Below are positions 18,777 through 29,059 of a stretch of 64,000 bases of DNA, piece after piece (within the stretch, counting starts at the first letter, position 1; each line of letters begins with the position of its first letter). The notes beneath the pieces were generated by a model. The model saw only the letters and a program-made list of their open reading frames with translations. It was not told the DNA's origin and ran no database searches. Made by a program: the position numbers and the translations under genes. Source of the stretch: Acidobacteriota bacterium (GTDB lineage: Bacteria > Acidobacteriota > UBA4820 > DSQY01); assembly GCA_021787565.1 (NCBI GenBank), contig JAJYLT010000016.1:9156-73155 (forward strand), in the 5' to 3' direction.

Positions 18777-19742
18777 TCACAGGCTCCACGTCCACCCCCG
18801 CCGGTCTAGAGCGAGCGCGATGGCGCTCAACAACGAGATGACCGCCGCATCCTCCAGGGCCAGGAGCCAGCCTGGCGCCTGAGCGTAGAGGGCATCCCCC
18901 AGCAGGACGTAGAAGGGGCCCAGCATCCCGAACTGCAGGAGATAGAGGAAGAGCGGGTTCCGCCCCCAGGCGGCGAGCAGCCGAGGACCCTTCACGAGCA
19001 GCCGCTCGGCCCGGTGAAAGCCCCAGAAGACCAGGGCGGCCAGGCCGGTGGTGACGAGGACGTAGGTGGGTGAGACGCGCGCCTTGCTCACGGGCGAGAG
19101 GGGAGCCAGGATTGCCCCCGCGGCCACCAGGAGGAGGCCCGCCCAGGGGAGCCACCGGCGGTTCCGCTCGTCGGCGTAGAGATCGCCCAGCGCGGTGGCC
19201 AGCAGCAGCATGGCCGACCAGGCCATGGAGCCCTGGATGCCGCCGTGGGAGGCTGCCTTCACGATGGAGAGCCAGCTGTCGTAGAGGAGGAAGTGGTAGG
19301 CGAGGAGCAGGATCAGCCCCGCGAGCGCCCGCACCCAGGCCGGCAGCAGGATGAAGGGGATGGCCACGAGACCCGCCATTCCGATGGCCTGAAGGACGCC
19401 CCAGTACTGCCCGCCCTGGGGTATGCCCACCACGTGGCCCACCGCCGAGATGAGGTAGCCCAGGCCGAGGATGGCCGCGTAGCGCTCGAAGAGGTGCTGC
19501 ATGGCCGCGTCGCGGCCCACCCTGGCGATGCGCCGCCTCACCGAGGGGCCGTAGGTGAGGCCGATGGCGAAGTAGAAGAAAGGCGCCACCAGATCCGTGA
19601 GCGTGAGCCCCACGTCGGGGCTGTGCTTCAGCATCGGCCACACGTGCACGGCGCCGTCCAGGAAGTTGAGGATGACCATGAGCAGGATGGTCAAGCCGCG
19701 GAAGTGGTCGATGGCGGCGATGCGCGCTTTGTTCTCCACCAT
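18777..19742 (-). CDS. DUF1624/HGSNAT-like integral membrane acyltransferase-family protein.
   Basis: AAIDHFRGLTILLMVILN signature near the N-terminus; ~9 predicted TM helices; AAGGAG RBS. Confidence 0.7.
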   Translation of the reverse strand: MVENKARIAAIDHFRGLTILLMVILNFLDGAVHVWPMLKHSPDVGLTLTDLVAPFFYFAIGLTYGPSVRRRIARVGRDAAMQHLFERYAAILGLGYLISAVGHVVGIPQGGQYWGVLQAIGMAGLVAIPFILLPAWVRALAGLILLLAYHFLLYDSWLSIVKAASHGGIQGSMAWSAMLLLATALGDLYADERNRRWLPWAGLLLVAAGAILAPLSPVSKARVSPTYVLVTTGLAALVFWGFHRAERLLVKGPRLLAAWGRNPLFLYLLQFGMLGPFYVLLGDALYAQAPGWLLALEDAAVISLLSAIALALDRRGWTWSL

Positions 19743-19801
19743 GGGCAGGCTCCTTTACCGAGGAAGAGCTGGAGAGCGCCGCGTTCCTTCCGGCCCCATC
19801 C

Positions 19802-20509
19802 TCATCCCCTGAAGGGTAGACGCGCGGGAAGCTCGGAGGGCAGGAGCGCCAGGGCGCGCTCCACCGCCCGGACCCGCATCCGGCGCTTGGTTTCCGCGTA
19901 GGCGGCGGGATCCAGCAGGAGCAGTTCCCGCGCCGCCCCCGAGGCGGCCTCCTCGAGCGCCTGCGGAGTGGCCGGTGCCCCCGAGAAGAGACCCCATTGC
20001 GCCGCCTGTCCGGGCGAAGCGGCCCTGGCATGGAGGAGGAGTTCCGCGTGGCGCCGCGGGGGAATCGCCGTCTGGGCCACGAGGAGCGCCCAGGTGGGCA
20101 GGGCGAGCCCCGCGGCCACCTCGTTCATCTGCACCTTGAAGGGGCCATCGAGGATGAACCTCAGATCGCAGGCGAAGGCGAGCAGCGCCCCGCCCGCGAT
20201 GGCGTGGCCCGTGCAGGCCGCCACGGTGGGGCACGGAAAGGTGAACACCCGCAGGATCGCGCGCGCGAAGGCCTCGACCAGTCCATCCAGCTCCTTCGGT
20301 CCCAGGGAGGGGAGCAGCTTCACGTTGAGGCCGGCGGAGAAGAAACCTTCCCGGCCCCGCACCACGAGCGCCCGCACCGCTTCCCCCTCGGCCCGGTCCA
20401 GGGCCTGGTTCAGATCGGCGAAGAAGCCCCGGTCCATGGCGTTCACCTTGCCGTCGTCCAGGAGAATCCGCCCGATTCCATCCGAGGTCCCGAATTGCAC
20501 CCTGCCCAT
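19802..20509 (-). CDS. Enoyl-CoA hydratase/isomerase (crotonase) family protein.
   Basis: 235 aa from MGRVQFGTSDGIGRILLDDGKVNAMD ... ACTGHAIAGGALLAFACDLRF (oxyanion-hole region). GAGGAGGAG RBS. The 117-codon upstream extension of the ORF is not used. Confidence 0.75.
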   Translation of the reverse strand: MGRVQFGTSDGIGRILLDDGKVNAMDRGFFADLNQALDRAEGEAVRALVVRGREGFFSAGLNVKLLPSLGPKELDGLVEAFARAILRVFTFPCPTVAACTGHAIAGGALLAFACDLRFILDGPFKVQMNEVAAGLALPTWALLVAQTAIPPRRHAELLLHARAASPGQAAQWGLFSGAPATPQALEEAASGAARELLLLDPAAYAETKRRMRVRAVERALALLPSELPARLPFRG

Positions 20510-20709
20510 GCGCCACTCCTCCTCTTGCCTTCGCCGAAGCCTTACTCTAGGCCAGATGCCTCCCTCATGGAAGTGCCGCGAAGCTTGTTTGGGCCCCCAC
20601 CTCGGGGTATGCTTGCCGTGCGAGCAACCGGCGGCGACCTTCTTCAGATGCGACGACGGGAGAACGAACTCATCCCGCGACGGCGGCCGCCGGAGGCAGG
20701 AGGAATGCC

Positions 20710-21786
20710 ATGGCGAGTGACCGGAGCGTGTCCGTCCTGGATGCCGTCGAGAGTGCCCTGCACCAGACCCACCGCATCTGTTTCTCGCCTTTCGATTGGA
20801 AGAAGTGGTTCGTCCTCGGCTTCTGCGCCTTCCTGGCCGCTCTTGGCGAAGGGGGACCAAGCGGCGGCTTGGCCAACTTCCGGAGCAATCCCTTCCTGCG
20901 CCGAAGGGAACCCTTGCCCCCTTCCTTCGACCACTTCTCGTCCTGGGTGCTCGGCCACCTGCCTCTCATCGTCGCCATCGGAGCCGTCGTGCTGCTTCTC
21001 GGCGTCGCCCTCGGGGCCTTGTTGCAGTGGCTCGGCAGCCGCGGGCAGTTCATGTTCCTGGACGGCGTCCTGCACAACCGGGGCGCCGTGGTGGAGCCGT
21101 GGCACCGCTTCCGAAGGCTGGGCAACAGCCTCTTCCTCCTCCGTTTCCTGCTCGGGCTGATGGGGCTGGCGGCGGTCGCGGCCATCTCGGGCGCCTGCCT
21201 CTTCATCGCCTGGCCCTCCATCCGTGGTCGCCTCTTCGACGGGAGGGCCCTGCTCGCCGCGGTCCTCTTCATTCTCCTGGTCATCCCCTTGGCACTCCTC
21301 CTGCTGGCCATCAACCTCGTGCTCCACGATTTCGTGGTGCCCGTGATGGCCAAGCGCGAGATCACCGTGATGGCGGGCGTGCGCGTCTTCCGCGAAGAGC
21401 TGCTGCCCGGCCGGATCGGCGCCTTCCTGCTCTTCTACCTCCTGAAGCTCTTCCTGGTCATCGCCGCCGGCGTCATCATCACCCTCGGCACCTGCATCAC
21501 CTGCTGCATCGCCGGCCTGCCCTACATCAGCTCGGTCGTCTTCCTTCCGATCTTCGTCTTCATGAGGGCCTACTCACTGGCCTTCCTGGAGCAGTTCGGC
21601 GACGATTGGCTCCTCTTCTCCGAGGCGCCCCCAGCGAGCGCCACGGGCGCCTCGCCCGATCAACCCCCGCCGCCGCCCTCCGGCTCCGCGCCCGCGGAAC
21701 CGCCGCCGCACGACCTTTCGGAGGAGACCCAGCCGTCGCTCCAGGCGCCACCTCCAGGGGAATCGCAGCCCCCTCCCGAGGCCTGA
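20710..21786 (+). CDS. Hypothetical polytopic membrane protein with a Pro-rich C-terminal tail.
   Basis: 358 aa with ~6-7 hydrophobic helices, a conserved-looking CITCCIAGLPYISSVVFLPIFVF segment and a tail PPPPPSGSAPAEPPP. Divergent from the crotonase gene. No confident family assignment. Confidence 0.55.
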   Translation: MASDRSVSVLDAVESALHQTHRICFSPFDWKKWFVLGFCAFLAALGEGGPSGGLANFRSNPFLRRREPLPPSFDHFSSWVLGHLPLIVAIGAVVLLLGVALGALLQWLGSRGQFMFLDGVLHNRGAVVEPWHRFRRLGNSLFLLRFLLGLMGLAAVAAISGACLFIAWPSIRGRLFDGRALLAAVLFILLVIPLALLLLAINLVLHDFVVPVMAKREITVMAGVRVFREELLPGRIGAFLLFYLLKLFLVIAAGVIITLGTCITCCIAGLPYISSVVFLPIFVFMRAYSLAFLEQFGDDWLLFSEAPPASATGASPDQPPPPPSGSAPAEPPPHDLSEETQPSLQAPPPGESQPPPEA

Positions 21787-22104
21787 TCGGGGAGCAGGGC
21801 GAGCAAGCCGGACCAACCCTGCCAGGGGGCCCTCCAGTCCAGCTCCACCCTGGCGTCGCTCACGCCTGCGTCCACGGAGATGCGGGCCGAGTCCTTGCCC
21901 GAGGTGCCGGAGTCGAAGATGATCTTCTGCGCGTTCTCGGGGCAACCGTCATCCTCGCGGTCGCACAGCACCGTCATCGCGATCTTCGCCTCCGCCCCGT
22001 CGGCCCGGACGTCCACACCGCCCGCCGGATTCCTACAGTGGTTCTACGCACCGAACCCCGCCCGAGTTTGCCGCCGCTCGGGATGCTAAAATCGTCCTCT
22101 TTCG

Positions 22105-22503
22105 GTGGAGGGCGCCATGGAAGACGGACCCGTCTATCAGCGGATCAAGGCGCTCCTCGCCGATAGGGGGATCCCCTACCGCGAGATGCACCATCCGCCG
22201 ACGCGGACCTCGGAGGAGTCGGCGCGGGCGCGGGGCGAGGAGATGGCCGTGGGAGGGAAGGCCCTCGTGCTGATGGTGAGGGGCGAGTTCCGCCTCTTCG
22301 TCCTGAGCGCCGCGCTCAAGCTGGACTCGCGGAAGATCAAGGACCGCTTCGGCACGCGCAAGCTCCGGTTCGCCACCCGCCCGGAACGACCGCATCGCCT
22401 TTAACGCCGGCTCGCTCACCGACTCCATCCTGCTCTCCGTGCCCGACTACCTCACCCTGGTAGAGCCCGAGATCTTCGAGTTTTCAGCCGTGACCGAGGA
22501 GTG
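22105..22503 (+). pseudogene. YbaK/ProX-type aminoacyl-tRNA deacylase, disrupted by an internal deletion plus a frameshift.
   Basis: Frame 1 (22105-22404) gives the N-terminal YbaK region and stops at ...RKLRFATRPERPHRL*. Frame 3 continues NDRIAFNAGSLTDSILLSVPDYLTLVEPEIFEFSAVTEE* to 22503. About 30-40 residues that normally lie between RLxFA and RIAFNAG are missing. Confidence 0.45.
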
Positions 22504-22600
22504 ACCTCGGGAGGAGCGCGGCGGATCGCCATCGGCTCGGCGTGGGATGAGAACAAAGTCTTGCCGGCAGGCGTATCAGGATGACGGAAAGGAGGAGTCC

Positions 22601-22828
22601 ATGGCCCTTGCGATGATGTTTTCCTTCTTGATGATCCCCCATATGCCGCTCTTTCTCGCGCTGGGGGGCTGCTCGGCCATCTTTGTCATCATCCCCGTCT
22701 GGCGCATCAGCGAGAAGGCCGGCTTCAGCCCCGCCTGGAGCCTGCTCTTCTTCATTCCCCTGGCGGGCCTCATCTATCTGTGGGTCCTCGCCTTCTCCGA
22801 TTGGCCCTCGCGCCGCGCCGGGGCCTGA
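22601..22828 (+). CDS. Small hypothetical membrane protein (75 aa, 2 TM).
   Basis: AGGAGG 6 nt upstream of ATG. MALAMMFSFLMIPHMPLFLALGG...FFIPLAGLIYLWVLAF. No family assignment. Confidence 0.45.
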   Translation: MALAMMFSFLMIPHMPLFLALGGCSAIFVIIPVWRISEKAGFSPAWSLLFFIPLAGLIYLWVLAFSDWPSRRAGA

Positions 22829-22969
22829 GCATTCGCATCTCTTTGAACGAGAAGGGGGCGGAGCCCCGCTCCGCCCCCACGATTCCTACCCGCTCGAACC
22901 CTGTGCCGTCCGGCGCTTCTTGACTAGTACCTGCTTAAAGAGAAGAGAGTAACGTATTACGAGTAGGGC

Positions 22970-23347
22970 GTGAGCTTCCAACCCACCCCGATTGTGTTGA
23001 AGGCGGCTGAGCAGGAGGTCCTGGAATCCTGGACGCGAACGGCCTCGATCCAGCAGCGGTACTCCTTTAGGGCGCGGGTCATTCTGATGGCAGGCGACGG
23101 CATGGGGACGCACGAGATCGCACGGCGGCTTGAGGCGAGGCCGGCGAGGGTGACGAAGTGGCGGACCCGGTTTGCCCTCAAAGGGATGGACGGTCTCCGA
23201 GATGCGCCGCGCCCGGGCAAGAAGCGCTGCTACGGTCCCAAGGAGGAGCGCCGCGTGCTGGAGAAGTTGGACCAAGAGCCTCCATCCGGATACGCGCACT
23301 GGAACGGTCGCCTTCTGGGTGAGGCGCCGAAGCTTCCGCCGGACTAA
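22970..23347 (+). pseudogene. IS630-family transposase remnant: the N-terminal HTH/winged-helix DNA-binding region only, with the DDE domain absent.
   Basis: 125-aa ORF ...RARVILMAGDGMGTHEIARRLEARPARVTKWRTRFALKGMDGLRDAPRPGKK... matches the IS630/Tc1 transposase N-terminus. It is flanked by locally AT-richer sequence (22900-22970, 23347-23413). The next gene starts 70 bp downstream, so no catalytic domain is possible. Confidence 0.6.
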
Positions 23348-23419
23348 AGGAGGCGAATGCGCTGGAGCAGGAGCGCAAGCCTTCTTTCTCGGATGGAGAA
23401 ATATCCATAGGAGGTGCCC

Positions 23420-24511
23420 ATGCGGCGGTTGGCTATCCTCGTTGGCGTCGTCCTGCTGTTCGGATTCCAATCTGCCCGAGCTGAAGCGCCCGCCGCGGAG
23501 CCCTCCGCGCCGAAGGTTGGCGCCGGCCTGTGGCCCGCGGGCAAGCCGGTCTACGACCACGTGGTGATCGTCATCGAGGAGAACAAGGACTACGACGAGA
23601 TCGTCGGCAACCCCGAGTCGCCCTACATCAACGGGGTCCTCCTCCAGGAGGGGGCCAGCCTCACGCGGATGTACGCCGAGGAGCACAACAGCGAGGGCAA
23701 CTACTTCTGGCTCTTCTCAGGCTCCAATCAGGGCGTGGGCTTCGAGGACGAGATCCCCTCCGCCAAGACAAACTCCCACTATCCTTTCACCGCACCGAAC
23801 CTGGCCTCCCAGCTCCTGGCCGCGGGGCGGACCTTCAAAGGATACTCGGAGGGCCTGCCCGCCCCCGGCTCCACGGTGGCCCACGCCGGCCTCTACGCGC
23901 GCAAGCACGTCCCCTGGGTCAGCTTCGCCAACGTCCCGGACGGGCCCGGCGCCGCCGCCTCCTGCAGTCTCCCCTTCTCCGCCTTCCCAGCCGCCAGCCA
24001 TTTCGACGAGTTGCCCACGGTGGCCTTCGTGATCCCGGACCTCGACCACGACATGCACAACTGCTACCCGCCCAACTGCCTCGCCTCCCCGCTGGCCTGC
24101 TGCGTCTCGAAAGGCGATGCCTGGCTGCGGAAGAACCTCGACCCCTACGTCCAGTGGGCCAAGACGCACAACAGCCTCCTGATCCTCACCTTCGACGAGA
24201 GCGACGACAGGAGCGGCTACGCCGGCCTCACCAACCCCGCCGTCGATCCTGGCTCGTTCGGGCCCTGCAAGAAGGGCGACTGCGGGCAGCTCTGCAAGGA
24301 CCTTCAGAACCGCATCGTCACGATCTTCGCCGGCGCGCACATCAAGCCCGGGACCTACGCCGAGAGGAATGGCATCACCCACGTCAACGTTTTGCGGACC
24401 CTCGAAGCCATGTACGGCCTCCCCAGAGCCGGCGCCCAGCAGCCCAACGCCGCCGGCTGCGGCATCGGCGATGGCGCCATCATCACCGACGTCTTCCTGC
24501 CAACGCCCTGA
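23420..24511 (+). CDS. Secreted phosphoesterase-family protein (AcpA-like acid phosphatase / non-haemolytic phospholipase C family, PF04185).
   Basis: Signal peptide MRRLAILVGVVLLFGFQSARA. Motifs VVIVIEENKDYDEIVG, HVPWVSF, DLDHDMHNC and ILTFDESDD. AGGAGG 5 nt upstream. Confidence 0.8.
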   Translation: MRRLAILVGVVLLFGFQSARAEAPAAEPSAPKVGAGLWPAGKPVYDHVVIVIEENKDYDEIVGNPESPYINGVLLQEGASLTRMYAEEHNSEGNYFWLFSGSNQGVGFEDEIPSAKTNSHYPFTAPNLASQLLAAGRTFKGYSEGLPAPGSTVAHAGLYARKHVPWVSFANVPDGPGAAASCSLPFSAFPAASHFDELPTVAFVIPDLDHDMHNCYPPNCLASPLACCVSKGDAWLRKNLDPYVQWAKTHNSLLILTFDESDDRSGYAGLTNPAVDPGSFGPCKKGDCGQLCKDLQNRIVTIFAGAHIKPGTYAERNGITHVNVLRTLEAMYGLPRAGAQQPNAAGCGIGDGAIITDVFLPTP

Positions 24512-24643
24512 GCCCGGTCCCTGCGCGGCGAGCCGTCCGCGCCGACGTGCAGAGAAAAGGCCGCCCCGCCGGGGAGAGCGGGGCGGCCGCGCTTCGGTCC
24601 AACGCGAGGTCAAGCCTCAACGGCCTTCACGCCGGGCGCGGCC

Positions 24644-26938
24644 TCACTTCGCGGCCTTCGGGGCGGGCGGCTCCCTCACGCCGAGGTTGTGGGCTAGAAA
24701 GGACCAGACGTCGGCGGCCTGGGCGATGAGCTTGTCGGTGGGCATGTAGCCGTGGCTCGTGTTGGTCTCCACGTGGACGAGGATGGGGTTCTTCGGGCAG
24801 CCCTGGGCCCACTGGAGGGCCGCCGTGAACTGGTAGGTGTGGCTCGGCACCACGCGGTCGTCGTGGTCGGCGGTGGTGAGGATGGTGGGGGGATAGCAGA
24901 CCCCCTTCCGCACGTTCTGGAGGGGCGAATAGGCGATCAGCCACTTGAAGGCCTTCGGATCGTCGGAGGTGCCGTACTCGGGGGCCCACATGGCGCCGCC
25001 GGAGAACTTCTGGTAGCGCAGCATGTCCATCACCCCCGCGCCGGCGTAGGCCGCGCCGAAGAGCTCCGGGTGCTGGGTGATGCTGGCGCCGATGAGCAGG
25101 CCGCCGTTGGAGTAACCCTCGACGCCGAGCCGCTTGGGGTTCGTGTAGCCCTGGGCGATCAGGTACTTGGCCGCCCAGGCGAAGTCGTCGAAGACGTTCT
25201 GCTTGTTCCCCAGCATGCCGGCCTTGTGCCAGGCCTCGCCGTAGGCGGCGCCGCCGCGCAGGTTGGCCACGGCGTAGACGCCCCCCAGACCGAGCCAGAC
25301 GGGCAGCGAGGGCGAGAAGTAGGGAGTAATGGTGATGTCGAACCCGCCGTAGCCATACAGAATGGTCGGGTTGTTCCCGTCGAGCTTCAGCCCCTTCCTG
25401 GCTACGATGAACATGGGCACCTTGGTGCCGTCCTTCGAGGTGTAGAAGACTTGCTTGGTCTCGTAGGGCGAGGGGTCGAAGTCCACCTTGGGGGCGAAGA
25501 GGGTCTCTGTCTTTCCGTCGCGGACGTCGTAGTGGTAGACGGTGGTCGGGTAGAGGAAGGAGGTGAAGAGGTAGTACACGTCCGGCGAATCGTTGCGGGA
25601 CGAGAGGCCGCCCACCGTGCCGAGGGTCGGCATCCCCAGCGAGGCAAGCTCCTTGCCGTCGGTGCCGTAGAGGGCAAGGCGGCTGGTGGCGACGACCTGG
25701 GAGTCCACGAGGATCTTGCCGCCGGCCATGGCGGCTCCCGCGATCACCCCATCGCCCTCGGGCACCACCACGCGCCAGTGAGAGGGATCGGGCGTAGCCA
25801 GCGGCACGGCCACGATGCGCCCCATGGGCGCGTCGAGGTTGGTCTGGACGAAGAGGGTCTCGCCCTCGTGGCCGAAGACGACGTACTGGGCGTCGTTCTT
25901 GGTGAAGAGCGGCTTCAGGGGAGCTTTCACGTCGGGCTTCATGGGGTCGCCCAGGTCCGCCGCGTAGAGCTCGTTCTCGGGCGCCGTTCCGTTGTTCAGG
26001 TAGACGAAGAGATACCGGCCGTCCTCCGTCACGCTGCCCGAGATACTCCACTCGGGCAGATCGGGCCGGGCGTAGATGAGCTCGTCCTGAGACTGCGGCG
26101 TGCCGAGCCGGTGGTAGTAGAGCTTCTGGTCCCGCACGGCTTCGCTGATGGCCTTTCCCTTGGGCGGCTCGGGATAGCGCGAATAGTAGAAGCCCTTGTC
26201 GTCATTCGTCCACGAGACTCCCGAGAACTTCACCCAGCGCACCTCATCCGGCAGCACCTTGCCCGTGGCCACGTCGAGGAGGTGGATGGTCTCCCAGTCG
26301 GAGCCCCCCACCGACAGCTCGTAGGCCAGGTAACGGCCATCTTCCGTGGGCTGCCAGCCCGCCAGCGCGATGGAGCCGTCGGGCGAGATCACGTTGGGAT
26401 CGAGGAGCACCTTGGGCGCGGCCGTGGGGCCGTCCTGCACGTAGACCACTGACTGGTTCTGCAGCCCCGAGTTCCGGTCGAAGAAGAGCTTGCCTCCCGC
26501 CTCCACGGGCGCGCTCTCCTTGGCGTAGTTCCAGAGCGCCGTGATGCGATTCTGAATCCAGCCCCGCAGGGGAAGCTTCGCGAGGTACGAATCGGTCACC
26601 CGATTCTCAGCGGCCACCCACCGCTTCACCGCGGGACTGTTGAGATCCTCCATCCACTGGTAGGGCGCGGGCACCTTCGTGCCGAAGTAGGTGTCCACGA
26701 TGGCGTCGCGCTTCGCCTTGGGATAACGGAGGCGATCCGTCCCCGCCGCCGTTTTCGTCCCCTTCGCTTCGCGGGGCGCCTTGACGCCCAGAGCGGAAAC
26801 GGGCCGTGGCCACAGAACGGGTGCGCTCACGACCAGCACCGCCGCCAGGACCGCGCAAAAGCCGGCACGGGACCGGCCCCTCCGGCTCCATTGGGGCGAG
26901 ATTCCTTCGCCACGATCTCCATCGTGCACCTCACGCAT
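24644..26938 (-). CDS. Prolyl oligopeptidase (S9A serine peptidase), secreted.
   Basis: 764 aa from MREVHDG (GGAGG RBS). N-terminal beta-propeller, then the C-terminal catalytic domain [11 protein letters not shown] (Ser), ADHDDRV (Asp) and HGY (His). Hydrophobic signal-like segment [15 protein letters not shown]. Confidence 0.85.
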   Translation of the reverse strand: MREVHDGDRGEGISPQWSRRGRSRAGFCAVLAAVLVVSAPVLWPRPVSALGVKAPREAKGTKTAAGTDRLRYPKAKRDAIVDTYFGTKVPAPYQWMEDLNSPAVKRWVAAENRVTDSYLAKLPLRGWIQNRITALWNYAKESAPVEAGGKLFFDRNSGLQNQSVVYVQDGPTAAPKVLLDPNVISPDGSIALAGWQPTEDGRYLAYELSVGGSDWETIHLLDVATGKVLPDEVRWVKFSGVSWTNDDKGFYYSRYPEPPKGKAISEAVRDQKLYYHRLGTPQSQDELIYARPDLPEWSISGSVTEDGRYLFVYLNNGTAPENELYAADLGDPMKPDVKAPLKPLFTKNDAQYVVFGHEGETLFVQTNLDAPMGRIVAVPLATPDPSHWRVVVPEGDGVIAGAAMAGGKILVDSQVVATSRLALYGTDGKELASLGMPTLGTVGGLSSRNDSPDVYYLFTSFLYPTTVYHYDVRDGKTETLFAPKVDFDPSPYETKQVFYTSKDGTKVPMFIVARKGLKLDGNNPTILYGYGGFDITITPYFSPSLPVWLGLGGVYAVANLRGGAAYGEAWHKAGMLGNKQNVFDDFAWAAKYLIAQGYTNPKRLGVEGYSNGGLLIGASITQHPELFGAAYAGAGVMDMLRYQKFSGGAMWAPEYGTSDDPKAFKWLIAYSPLQNVRKGVCYPPTILTTADHDDRVVPSHTYQFTAALQWAQGCPKNPILVHVETNTSHGYMPTDKLIAQAADVWSFLAHNLGVREPPAPKAAK

Positions 26939-27352
26939 GCTTAAACCTCCTTGGCCGCAAGCGCCCCTGCCACCGGAGCATCCTCTCCGCCGGTCCCGCC
27001 GCAGCACTCCCCTTTTCCACCTTCCCGGCCGTTCTGTCAAATGGGGGCACAACTCCACGATGCCCCGGGTATGACTGGCACCATCCGAGTGGCGCCTTGG
27101 CCTTTCGGACGAGGATGGCCTAGGCGGTTCCTACAGAACGGAGATACCTCGGAGGGGCTTTCCGGGCAAGAGCACTCATCGGTCCAAGGGAGAAGGTTGG
27201 CATGGGCATGGGGAGAGCTACCTGGTTCAGCGTCACGGCCTCGTCGGCCGTGACGGACCCTCCTTTTCGATGGGAAGCGGGCGGGGAGCCGCCGGGCGAA
27301 GGCCGGGCGGCTCCCCTTGGGAGGAAAGGGAGGAGGGGAGGAACGGTGGTGC

Positions 27353-27766
27353 TCAGTGCCCACCAGCTCGGGCGATGGCGATCTGGATAGGCACCGGAGG
27401 AGGAAAGAAGGCCGTGGGGTTCTTGTCCTTTCGGTGAATCTGGTCGTAGATCAGAAAGTCGAGGATCCTGGGGATGTCCTTGCTGGGGATCCCGGCGAGG
27501 CGGGTGTGAGCGCTGGTGGCGCAGGCCCTCCACTGCTCGGGAGTCATGGTCGTGTTGAGGGGCCGGGCCACGCTGTGGCACGCACCGCAGTCCTCCTGCA
27601 AGAGCTTGTAGCCCTGGCGGATGGCCGCAGGGTAGGAAGAAACATCCACCCGCTTCACGCCCTTGTCCTGAGGCCAAGGGCCCTGCCCAGCCGCCGCGGG
27701 CGCGAACACCACGAAGGCGAGGATCACCGCAACCGAGAAACCGATGGCCTCTTGCATCCTTGACAT
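27353..27766 (-). CDS. Small mono-haem c-type cytochrome (periplasmic).
   Basis: 137 aa with a signal peptide and a single CGACH haem-binding motif. AAGGAG 8 nt upstream. Located 13 bp downstream of the OMP gene on the same strand. Confidence 0.7.
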   Translation of the reverse strand: MSRMQEAIGFSVAVILAFVVFAPAAAGQGPWPQDKGVKRVDVSSYPAAIRQGYKLLQEDCGACHSVARPLNTTMTPEQWRACATSAHTRLAGIPSKDIPRILDFLIYDQIHRKDKNPTAFFPPPVPIQIAIARAGGH

Positions 27767-27778
27767 GGCATCTTCTCC

Positions 27779-29059
27779 TTACCAGCCGAACTTGAGGTCG
27801 AACTTGACCAGCTTGTCGGTGGCGAAACCATCGAAGGGACCGTCGGCGCGCTGGTCGCAGTAGGCGAGGCGTAGCGCGGTGTTCCCCTCGGCCGTGAGGC
27901 ACTTCTGGCACCCCACGGACCAGGCGCGCAGGGTGGAGTTGTCGCCCCCCGCGGGATAACTCTCGGTGAGGCGGTCGTAGCGCGCCATGAGAGCGAAGCC
28001 CTGGGCGAGGTAGTAGTCGGCCTCGGCGTAGCCGGCATGCTGGGTGTAGCCGCCTGCGTTGATGCCTTCGGCCACCCGCCAGTCGTCCCGGCCCACGCCG
28101 TAACCCGCCAGCAGGTCAAGCTTGCGCGGCAGCACGAAGTAGTCGCCAAAGACGCCGTATCGCCGGAAGCTGGGCGAATAGGTGAATTCGGAGGGCAGGC
28201 CCGCGTTCTGGATCTGGTCCTTGCGCCCCTGGTAGTAGAAGACCGAGAGCCCTCCGCCGGCATTGATCCACCAGTCCCCGATCACGAAGACATCCTTCGA
28301 GTTCTTGGTGGCGCCGGAGGTGATGACGCTCCCGTCCGGGTTCAGCCCGTCGCTGACCTTGACGGTGAGGCCCAGTGACTCGTGGAAGTCGGGCGGCGCC
28401 CAGGTGTAGCCGAAGGTGAGGCCCACCGGCTGCTGGTCGAAGGAAACGTTGTTGGGATCACCGTAGGAGAAGAGAACGGGCGCAGCATCGAAGAGGCTGT
28501 ACCCTGCCCCGCGCACGCCGTCGGTGCCGATCAGTTCGCCCCGCCCGAAGCTGACGAAGTAGCTGCTTGTGGCGCGCCCCCCGGTGTAGCTGACGAACGC
28601 CATGGGCGCGTCGCCGTCGCTCATGGAGTACTGGGTCAGGTAGGAAAAGCCGGAATCGGGCATAGTGCCGGCGAGGTAGATGGAGGCGTCATCGAGATTG
28701 AAGCTGGAGGCCGAAGCGGAGCTGCCGGGCGCGGAGGTCCTCTCCTGCGTGGCGCTGCCTTGGAAGGTGAGCGAGACCGTGTCGCCCAGCTTCCACGGCA
28801 TGGACGAATCGAGGTCGCGGACCTGCGGAGCCTGCTGGCCCGCCCCGATTTGCGGGGGTATTCTGAAACCGAGCCTCTTGAAGAGGTAGCCGGTCAAAGT
28901 GAGGCGGGGATAGATGGTGTGGCACGTGAAGCAGCGGACGTGATACTTCCGCGAGAACGCCGGCACGGCTTCGGTCTTCTGGGGCCACAGCGCAAGGGTC
29001 AGTCCCGCGATGACCGCCAGCGTGGCGATGGCGATGGAATAAGTGCGTCCTTCTTTCAT
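27779..29059 (-). CDS. Outer-membrane beta-barrel protein with an N-terminal CFTCH (CXXCH) motif. Putative porin partner of the adjacent cytochrome.
   Basis: 426 aa from MKEGRTYSIAIATLAVIAGLTLALW (signal peptide; GGAGG RBS). Alternating amphipathic strands rich in Gly, Tyr and Phe, ending ...KFDLKFGW (aromatic C-terminus typical of OMPs). A CXXCH sits 20 aa after the signal peptide. Confidence 0.65.
   Translation of the reverse strand: MKEGRTYSIAIATLAVIAGLTLALWPQKTEAVPAFSRKYHVRCFTCHTIYPRLTLTGYLFKRLGFRIPPQIGAGQQAPQVRDLDSSMPWKLGDTVSLTFQGSATQERTSAPGSSASASSFNLDDASIYLAGTMPDSGFSYLTQYSMSDGDAPMAFVSYTGGRATSSYFVSFGRGELIGTDGVRGAGYSLFDAAPVLFSYGDPNNVSFDQQPVGLTFGYTWAPPDFHESLGLTVKVSDGLNPDGSVITSGATKNSKDVFVIGDWWINAGGGLSVFYYQGRKDQIQNAGLPSEFTYSPSFRRYGVFGDYFVLPRKLDLLAGYGVGRDDWRVAEGINAGGYTQHAGYAEADYYLAQGFALMARYDRLTESYPAGGDNSTLRAWSVGCQKCLTAEGNTALRLAYCDQRADGPFDGFATDKLVKFDLKFGW

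Noticed and set aside
19802-20860. 352-aa version of the crotonase ORF.
   Set aside because: The N-terminal 117 codons are Arg/Ser-rich, lack an RBS and overlap the divergent membrane-protein gene. The start was moved to MGRVQFG (GAGGAGGAG RBS).
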